Shown here piece after piece: positions 1 through 6,898 of a stretch of 14,243 nucleotides of DNA. Numbering within the stretch: the stretch's first letter is position 1; each line of letters starts with the position of its first letter. The DNA lies in contig CAZJUB010000067.1 in the NCBI GenBank assembly GCA_964549075.1, positions 1 through 14,243 on the forward strand. The letters are read 5' to 3'. Below the pieces are notes generated by a model, which made no database searches, had not been told where the DNA came from, and saw nothing but the letters and a program-made list of their open reading frames with translations. Origin of the DNA: an uncultured archaeon. GTDB lineage: Archaea; Asgardarchaeota; Heimdallarchaeia; Heimdallarchaeales; Heimdallarchaeaceae. The translations under genes and the position numbers were made by a program.

Positions 1-779
1 AGATAGTATGTATGATAGCAGAGCGTATGGGGCTGTTGGATAAATATACAGAAGGCAAATCCATCAGTGAATGGATAAAGTTTGGTTTTGATAATTCCGG
101 CGTTACCAGATACATTAACTATGATGAATTTAAAGATAAGGGCTACTTTGTAGTTCCCACTGATCCAGAGTGGGAAAAATATCCTGCTGGCTTAAGAAAA
201 TTTCATGACGATCCCGAGAATAACCCTTTAACTACACCAAGTGGTAAGCTGGAGTTCTACTCAAAGAGACTTGCAGAAAAGTTCCCAGGAGATAATGAAA
301 GACCGCCATATCCCAAATGGATTCCATTTGGCGAGACGCACCAGGAAAGCCTGCAACACTCGAGAGCGAAGCAATTCCCCATGCTGGTCATGTCCAATCA
401 TCCCAGGTGGGGTGTTCATGCCAATCATGATGATGTCACTTGGTTTAGAGAAATCAAAACCTGCAAGGTAAGAGGTCCCGATGATTACCAATACCAGCCT
501 GTCTGGATTCATCCATTAAATGCCGCAAAAAAAGGCATTCAGGACGGAGATGTAGTCAGAATATACAATGAAAGAGGCGGGGTCCTAGCCGGCGCTTTTG
601 TGACTGAAAGGATAATACCGGGAGTGCTATCTATAGACCACGGCGCCAAATATGATCCGATAATCCCGGGGATTCTGGATAGAGGCGGCGCTATCGATAC
701 AATAACTCCGCGCAATAGAACCTCTAAGAATGCCACTGGTATGGTATGCAGTGGTTTCCTGGCAGAGATAGAACGTGTT
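1..779 (+). CDS. 3' part of a DMSO-reductase-family molybdopterin oxidoreductase catalytic subunit (pyrogallol transhydroxylase large-subunit-like); 5'-truncated by the window and joined in frame to an unrelated AKR at ~762-779
   Basis: The frame is open to the window edge (ATA GTA TGT ATG). Motifs: TPSGKLEFYS, FPMLVMSNHPRWGVHA, VWIHPLNAAKKGIQDGDVVRIYNERG, VTERIIPGV (molybdopterin dinucleotide-binding domain). Spot GC is 47-52% (lines 541, 661, 721). Confidence 0.9.
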
Positions 780-1400
780 TATGGTATATGTAAAGCTGAA
801 GGTTTAGAAGCACCTATTGTGTTGCAAACAAAATATAATCTACTAAACAGGGAAATTGAACTATCCCACTTGTCTACTTTTAATTATACAAAAATAGGTC
901 TAGCTACTTATTCTTCTTTAGAGGAAGGAATACTTACTGGCAAATATAATCATGGAATACCTTCTGATGCACGACTAAAGAAACTTAAAGGAACTGTATT
1001 CGAAGAGATTTCTACAGAGTTTTTCAACTAAAAACTAACAGAAGAGTATCTAGAAAAACTAAGAAAACTAGAAGAATTAGCTAAAGAACAAGAGATTTCT
1101 ATGGCTCAATTATCACTAGCATGGCTATTATCAAAAGATTTTGTAAAAACAGCAATAGTTGGTGCGAGTAAAGTAGAACATATAGAAGATAATGCGCATA
1201 CATCTAAACTTAATCTAGAAAAAGCTGTTTTTACAAGAATTGAAGAGATAATGGATAATGAACCTGTAGACCATGGTGAGCATGCTAGATGGAGTTATAC
1301 TGTTCTTACTAAGAAATTTAAAGAGTGGAATAATAGACTACCTTCAATTGCTCAAGACAGAAGAGAAGCAAAGAAAGAAAAAGAAAAAGTAGAAGATTAG
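762..1400 (+). pseudogene. C-terminal half of an aldo/keto reductase (Kv-beta/Tas-like) with an in-frame TAA at 1029-1031; N-terminal catalytic half absent
   Basis: AKR motifs PIVLQTKYNLLNREIE, TYSSLEEGILTGKY and MAQLSLAWLL...AIVGASKVEHIEDN. ORFs 12..1031 and 1101..1400 share a frame, and the sequence between them reads KLTEEYLEKLRKLEELAKEQEIS, the typical AKR helix before xAQxxLAW. Confidence 0.85.
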
Positions 1401-1528
1401 AAAACTATGTCGAGTGTCTTTACTTGATATTAAAGATTCTGTACTAGACTTTTATTCAATTCAGATGGATTATCATTCTGATAAACTGAAAATGATTTAA
1501 AAATGTTCATAAGTAATAATCTATTGAA

Positions 1529-1691
1529 ATGTAAGTTGTGAAAGTACTGAGATATCTAGAAGTGTTGTTCTTAGTAAGTATAATAGTATTACCTATTATC
1601 ATCAATACTACAGCTCTAACACTTTGTGCATCTTAAAGTTGGTTATAAAGAAGGTGATGTGATCTTCGATCTATTTGGTTTCATTAAATAA
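1529..1691 (+). pseudogene. Possible decayed 5' remnant of a secreted-protein gene (signal peptide plus a few residues)
   Basis: ATG TAA GTT GTG AAA... gives M*VVKVLRYLEVLFLVSIIVLPIIINTTALTLCAS* (stop at 1634-1636), which is signal-peptide-like. The +1 frame continues LKVGYKEGDVIFDLFGFIK*. A TATA-like TTTAAAAA at 1496-1503 lies 25 nt before the ATG. Confidence 0.35.
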
Positions 1692-1699
1692 TATCTGAA

Positions 1700-1786
1700 A
1701 GAGTTATGTACCACAACAACAAAGTTATACACCAAACAAACAGATATTGAACCCAATACATATTGGTGTGACACCAAACTTAAATA
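1700..1786 (+). promoter_or_regulatory. Putative promoter of the TauE gene, with a palindromic operator and 21-bp phased repeats
   Basis: Perfect inverted repeat TTGGTGT-G-ACACCAA (1763-1777) directly before the TATA-like CTTAAATA (1779-1786). ACACCAAAC occurs at 1729 and 1771. Confidence 0.55.
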
Positions 1787-1820
1787 TAGACTCCTTAGAA
1801 ATCATATTAGATGGACAGAT

Positions 1821-2765
1821 ATGGCAGAATTAATTACTTATGCTATTTGGATTTATTTTTTGTTTGGATTGTTGGCTTTTCTTTGTGAATATATAGATTC
1901 AGCACTAGGAGGAGGATACGGTACTCTAATCGTTCCTTTACTGATTCTTATATTTGGAATACAAAGTGCTTATCTAGTTCCTGCAGTTCTTTTTACTGAG
2001 ATTTTTACGGGATTTGGATCCGCAGCTTTACACCATTTTGTAGGAAATGTGAATTTCTCTTTTAAAAGAAAAAGGGAAGATGCAACGATGAAAGTAGTGG
2101 CTAGTAAGTTAGATAATCTTGAAAATGGTCATCTAACAGAGAAAAATCGTGAGATTAATAGTACATTGCATTTAAAAATGGATAATTTTTTCAAGAGCTT
2201 TAAAGCTTCTGATGATTTTAAAGTATCAGCAATTCTTGCAGGTTTTGGGATTATTGGAGGGGTAATTGCAGCCTTTATTGCATTAACCATTTCTAAAACA
2301 GCTTTAAATACATATATTGGTATTTTAGTCACCTTAGTTGGTATATTCGTTGTATCTAAGTTTAAATGGAAATTCTCTTGGTGGGCAATTTCTGGAATAG
2401 GATTGTTAGCAGCATTTAATAAAGGATTGTCAGGAGGGGGGTATGGTCCGCTTATTTCAGGGGGACAAATAATGGTAGATAGAAATCCAAGACAAGCTGT
2501 AGGTTCGACTTCACTCGCGGAGGCAATTGTTTGAGTTGCTTCTATAATTATCTATTATGTAAATCCAATCCATATTTCAGCTAATATCAATTATTGGTAT
2601 CTTGTTGATGCTCTATTAGTAGGTAGTATGTTATCAGTACCTTGTTCGGTATTAACTGTAAAATATATCCCAATCAAAAAACTGCAACCGATAGTGGGTA
2701 TTTTCACATTATTATTAGGGATTTTCATATTGCTGAAAACATGGGTACCAGGATTATCAGGATGA
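1821..2765 (+). CDS. TauE/SafE (TSUP) family sulfite/organosulfur exporter, interrupted by an in-frame TGA at 2532-2534 (314 aa if read through)
   Basis: Duplicated-half motifs CEYIDSALGGGYGTLIVP and FNKGLSGGGYGPLISGGQ...AVGSTSLAE. After the TGA the frame stays open for 76 codons and encodes the expected last TM helices (VASIIIYY...LLVGSMLSVP...IVGIFTLLLGIFILLKTW), ending at TGA 2763-2765. Confidence 0.88.
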
Positions 2766-2778
2766 AATGATTATTTTA

Positions 2779-2807
2779 TAAGATTGTGGTATTCAACCAC
2801 TCTCTTA
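2779..2807. terminator. Stem-loop between the convergent TauE genes (candidate bidirectional terminator or 3' UTR element)
   Basis: TAAGA-TT-GTGGT-ATTCA-ACCAC-TC-TCTTA: two 5-bp stems separated by a 2x2 internal loop. Confidence 0.4.
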
Positions 2808-2828
2808 CCAAACGCTTCGATTCTTAAT

Positions 2829-3698
2829 TTACCAGCTGAATATTACTGACAGTATTGTAAATATTGAAACCAGTAAAATTGCTATTCCTGAAATTAAAGT
2901 TAAATGCTTTCCGCCTATTTTCCCTTTAATTTGATGTCCAAATAAAGCTCCTAAAAGCAGAGTGAAGGCTAAAACTAACAAGATATACCAATCTATTTGT
3001 AATTCAGAAACAAAAGATCTAACAACATATGTAAGACCTCCAACAAAAGTTTTCATTACAATGATGAAGAGAGATGTACCTGTAGCTTTCAAAGGATCTA
3101 TTCTGAACAAAAGTATAAAAATTGGTACTTGGATCCAACCTCCACTTATACCAAACAATCCTGATATTGCACCTATAATTAAACCTAGTACAAACGCTAT
3201 AGATAAACTAATGTCATGTGCAAATTCACCGTTATGTATCCTATATAATGGTTTTATCTTTCCTAAAAAGGTTAAGAGAACTGATTCTCGATCTGAATTA
3301 TCAGTGTTTTTTTCTTTTTTTCTATCTTTTATATATTGTGCAATCATTCTGATACTAAAGAATAAAGCCAAAACTCCTATCAAAATCACAACAATTGTTT
3401 CTTTTATCTGATGAATACTCATTGCTCCAACAAAAGTTCCCATGACTGAAGGTATTCCAAAAATTAAACCAAATCTTAAGTCAACTTGGTTTCTTTTCCA
3501 TGCACCAATTGTACCTAACAAAGCAGGAAAAAATAATGCAGTTAAGACTGTAGCAACAGCTGTCTCTGCTTCTATAGAAAAAATGAGAATAAGACTCGGA
3601 ACGAGAAAAATTCCCCCTCCAAATCCCGCAATATTTCCTAAAATGCTGACTACAAAGGCAATCAGACCAATTAACAAAATTTGAAATATTAGAAGCAC
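2829..3698 (-). CDS. TauE/SafE (TSUP) family sulfite exporter
   Basis: Motifs GNIAGFGGGIFLVP and GLFGISGGWIQVP...KATGTSL, about 8 TM segments. GTG start lies 22 nt downstream of TTTTAAAA (3721-3728, minus strand). Confidence 0.9.
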   Translation of the reverse strand: MLLIFQILLIGLIAFVVSILGNIAGFGGGIFLVPSLILIFSIEAETAVATVLTALFFPALLGTIGAWKRNQVDLRFGLIFGIPSVMGTFVGAMSIHQIKETIVVILIGVLALFFSIRMIAQYIKDRKKEKNTDNSDRESVLLTFLGKIKPLYRIHNGEFAHDISLSIAFVLGLIIGAISGLFGISGGWIQVPIFILLFRIDPLKATGTSLFIIVMKTFVGGLTYVVRSFVSELQIDWYILLVLAFTLLLGALFGHQIKGKIGGKHLTLISGIAILLVSIFTILSVIFSW

Positions 3699-3764
3699 AA
3701 ATAGTCTACACTAATTGTTCTTTTAAAATATTGTATGAGATGCTACTTCTCTATAGTATTCATT

Positions 3765-4742
3765 TTATTCAAATGTTATTACGACGTGACCTTTCTTAGT
3801 ACCTTTTTCAATATATTCATGAGCTTTTGCAGCCTTTTCAGCTACAAAGATTTTATCAACAACTGTTTTTATTTTTTCTTGCTCTATCAGTTCCTTAATA
3901 TAAATTAAATCTTCAGCTTTATCTTCTAGAAGACCAAGAACAGTATTTTTGTTAGTTGTAATTTTCAACCATAATATCTGAAATAATTTTAACAATCCAA
4001 ATGTTGCAAAAACATAATAACCTTCTTTCTTTAGTGATTTCTTGCTTTTTGATATTGAACTTTTTCCATTTGTATCAAAAATCACATCATATTTATCGCG
4101 GTTCTTAGTGAAATCTTCTTTTGTATAATCAATCACTTTATCTGCTCCAAGAGACTTTACATAATCCATTTTCTTTGTACTACATACTCCTGAAACTTCT
4201 GCATCAAATAGTTTAGCTATTTGTACTCCAAAAGAACCCACTCCTCCTGAAGCACCAAATATTAGAACTTTTTGTCCAGGTTGGATATTTGCTTTTCTTA
4301 AGAAATATAGTGCAGTTAACGCTCCTTGAGGAATTGAAGATGCTTGTTCAAAAGTCAAATTATTAGGTTTCAATGCAATTGTCCCATCCTCAGGTAAACA
4401 GACATATTCAGCATAAGCACCTAATTTGTTCAGGAATGCATAAACTTGATCTCCTTTTTTGAACATCTTCACATTTTTCCCAATCACATCTATTTCACCT
4501 GCCAAATCAGTACCTAAAAGAGTTTGTTTTGGTTTTCTAAGACCTGAACTTAATCTACTCATTAACCAAAATCCTTGAGGTGCTGTACTACTTCTTTGCC
4601 AACAATCAAATAATGTCACAGATACAGCATGAACTTTGATTAAAACTTCATTTTCCTTTGGAATAGGTTTCTTAATTTCTTTTAATTGAAGAACCTCGGG
4701 AGAGCCATATTTCTCGTAAACTATTGTTTTCATTAAACTCAC
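3765..4742 (-). CDS. MDR-superfamily NAD(P)-dependent oxidoreductase (zinc-independent quinone-oxidoreductase-like); alternative start ATG at 4733
   Basis: MKTIVYEKYGSPEVLQL, LGTDLAGEI, GAYAEYV, Rossmann motif VLIFGASGGVG, LGADKVIDY and C-terminal GHVVI. No zinc-binding Cys cluster. Confidence 0.92.
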   Translation of the reverse strand: MSLMKTIVYEKYGSPEVLQLKEIKKPIPKENEVLIKVHAVSVTLFDCWQRSSTAPQGFWLMSRLSSGLRKPKQTLLGTDLAGEIDVIGKNVKMFKKGDQVYAFLNKLGAYAEYVCLPEDGTIALKPNNLTFEQASSIPQGALTALYFLRKANIQPGQKVLIFGASGGVGSFGVQIAKLFDAEVSGVCSTKKMDYVKSLGADKVIDYTKEDFTKNRDKYDVIFDTNGKSSISKSKKSLKKEGYYVFATFGLLKLFQILWLKITTNKNTVLGLLEDKAEDLIYIKELIEQEKIKTVVDKIFVAEKAAKAHEYIEKGTKKGHVVITFE

Positions 4743-4836
4743 AAAATCCTATGTAGTGTCAAAAATATTCTACTGCTATTAAGTGTTACTTTTCAAATTT
4801 CGAAAATTAAGGAATTGAAAGAAGACCTACTTTGTT

Positions 4837-6003
4837 TCAAACATCCTTAAATTTTTTACGATGAATTTGAGAAATCAATACACTAGTCAATAAAACGACA
4901 ATAATTGGTAGAAATGAGTAATTGGTTTTAAGAGGTTCTGAGATCTTTTCTGCTTCTTGTATTGCTGCTGTAGCATTGACCATCCCATAACCATAATAAA
5001 TATCTTTTCCGGGAGTTCCGAGATCAATAGCAGTGTTGTGTAGTATTTCTCGAGTTTTTTCTAGAGTTATTGACCTGTTTAACGACTTCATTAAAGCTAC
5101 AATTCCTGTAACTTGAGGAACAGCAAAAGAAGTTCCAACCTTATAATAATAGCAACAAGGATACCAAGTACTATACAACCAGTAAGATGTAGAATCATCA
5201 AAATCTCCGCCAGGTGCTACAAGTTCAAGTTTTTCTCCATAATTGTTGTAATCAGCAAGTTGATCAGCATAATCAGTTGCACCGACCACAATAACTTCAT
5301 CATATGCACCTGGAAAAGCTATTTCATTCAAACCTCCTCCTAAATTTCCTCCAGAAGCACCTATCATGATCACATTATGATCGTATGCATATTTGATAGT
5401 ATCTTGGAGGTCAGTAATATTATAAAACTTATCTAGACTAAAATTGATAACATCAGCTCCATTATCGACAGCATAACGGATAGCTTCAGCTAACTTTCCT
5501 GAAAGACCATATAAATTGTAATCCCACACTTGTACATTCATCAGAGTTACATCGGGAGCTACTCCAACCATACCTGCACCATCCATCTCTGCAGCAAGTA
5601 TCCCTGCCACAAAGGTTGCATGACCATTTATCTGTACATCTCCATCTGGTCCAGGAACATTATCACCATAAACGAAATCCCACCCATATCGATCATCGAT
5701 GTAGCCATTATGATCATCGTCTTTACCATTATCAGCTTTTTCATCTTCATTAATCCATTGACAATGAGTTAGCTCTGGATTAGAGAAATCTATACCTGCA
5801 TCAATAACTGCAACAACTATCTCTGGTGATCCTGTAGTAATCTCCCAAGCACCTTTTATGTTTATTCTATCTAAATACCAGCCCATTTCTGAATCATCTA
5901 CAGTAAGAGTTTTGGTATTTGAGGCAAATTTACTTGAAACAGTCGGTATGAGAAGAATAAATACTATTACAGAAAACAAAAAACTTCTTTTCAGTCTATT
6001 CAT
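4837..6003 (-). CDS. Secreted S8 subtilisin-like serine protease with C-terminal membrane anchor
   Basis: Catalytic triad motifs VAVIDAG, GHATFVAG, GTSFAVP. Ca-binding loop DNGKDDDHNGYIDDRYGWDF. Signal peptide from MNRLKRSFLFSVIVFILL. The ATG at 6003 is preferred over 6048 because BRE-TATA GAAAATTTATAAG lies at 6034-6046 on the minus strand. C-terminal TM followed by RKKFK. Confidence 0.93.
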   Translation of the reverse strand: MNRLKRSFLFSVIVFILLIPTVSSKFASNTKTLTVDDSEMGWYLDRINIKGAWEITTGSPEIVVAVIDAGIDFSNPELTHCQWINEDEKADNGKDDDHNGYIDDRYGWDFVYGDNVPGPDGDVQINGHATFVAGILAAEMDGAGMVGVAPDVTLMNVQVWDYNLYGLSGKLAEAIRYAVDNGADVINFSLDKFYNITDLQDTIKYAYDHNVIMIGASGGNLGGGLNEIAFPGAYDEVIVVGATDYADQLADYNNYGEKLELVAPGGDFDDSTSYWLYSTWYPCCYYYKVGTSFAVPQVTGIVALMKSLNRSITLEKTREILHNTAIDLGTPGKDIYYGYGMVNATAAIQEAEKISEPLKTNYSFLPIIVVLLTSVLISQIHRKKFKDV

Positions 6004-6151
6004 TGTTAACTCAAGAAGATGGAATCTCATACACTTATAAATTTTCAAATAAATTCTTTCTAACGTTCTGAAATTAATTCCCCAACTACTTTGAGTTGAT
6101 AGTTTGTGTTTTAAAAATCAAATTTAAATAACACAAATGTTGCTGAAGTTT

Positions 6152-6646
6152 ATGTTTTCATTAACTGAATATTATGAAATGATTGAGACAAATAGAAATT
6201 CATACTTCGGTCTTTTCAAAGTAGTTGATAAAGAGATTTTCTATACAAATGCAATTGAAAACACTTGGTCAGCTGAATTAATTTTTAGGCATTTACTTAC
6301 AACGTTAAATTGGTTCAAAAATATAATTCCCAACATAGATTTTGAAGACACAAAATTAGGGATAGATATAGGAAACAGAATTGAGGACAGAATCAGTTTA
6401 GAAGAATTAGAAGCAGAATTTCAGAGAATTTCAACAGTTGTAAGAGAGGGAATAGAGAAAATGACCTCAGAAGAAGAGGAAGAGGAGCTAGTTTTTGATT
6501 TTGGGAAGAGAAAAAGAAAAAATGTTATAGCAGATCTTCTGTTTCATGAAAATAGTCACCTTGGACAAGTTTTATGGATTTTCAAAAGAACTACAGGCTG
6601 GACAGATCAGAATATAGATGACAAACTAGAAAGACCAATATACTAA
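6152..6646 (+). CDS. DinB/YfiT-like four-helix-bundle protein (DinB_2)
   Basis: WSAELIFRHL and LLFHENSHLGQV give the three-His DinB signature. ATG 6152 is preferred over 6137 because TATA TTTAAATA is at 6123-6130. Confidence 0.82.
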   Translation: MFSLTEYYEMIETNRNSYFGLFKVVDKEIFYTNAIENTWSAELIFRHLLTTLNWFKNIIPNIDFEDTKLGIDIGNRIEDRISLEELEAEFQRISTVVREGIEKMTSEEEEEELVFDFGKRKRKNVIADLLFHENSHLGQVLWIFKRTTGWTDQNIDDKLERPIY

Positions 6647-6898
6647 AATCAATAATATAAAAAATCTAATCTTTTCTTAAGGAAAGACAGCTACATGTAA
6701 TCTTAACCAACAAACAGATTAAAACACCTTACGTATCGTTAATTAAACAAATCTTTTTTTGATAATACGCAAAACACCATAAATTTAAATTAGATATTAT
6801 TTAATAATTCAATTATTTTTTTATTAAATCAATCAAATAATTAGGTTTATAAGGGTTTTTGAAAATCTTGTTTACATCTAACTAAAGAGGTAAGAAAT

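Noticed and set aside
12-1031. Natural molybdoenzyme-AKR fusion protein as a new enzyme
   Set aside because: The AKR part lacks its N-terminal catalytic half and is cut by a TAA, and the sharp GC step at the junction indicates two different sources.
1700-1783. CRISPR mini-array or iteron origin
   Set aside because: The units are degenerate and contiguous with no spacers, and no cas or rep gene is nearby.
1029-2534. Genome-wide stop-codon reassignment explaining the internal TAA and TGA
   Set aside because: TGA ends genes normally at 2765, 4837, 9798, 11764 and 12984, and TAA at 2829, 3765, 6646, 8716, 10147 and 10288. No other gene has internal stops.
2535-2580. Bacterial-type SECIS hairpin directly 3' of the UGA
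   Set aside because: The sequence is very AT-rich and I could not build a stable stem-loop from it.
6775-6845. Palindromes AATTTAAATT and AATAATT-C-AATTATT upstream of the serine hydrolase
   Set aside because: The region is almost pure A/T, so such symmetry is expected by chance.
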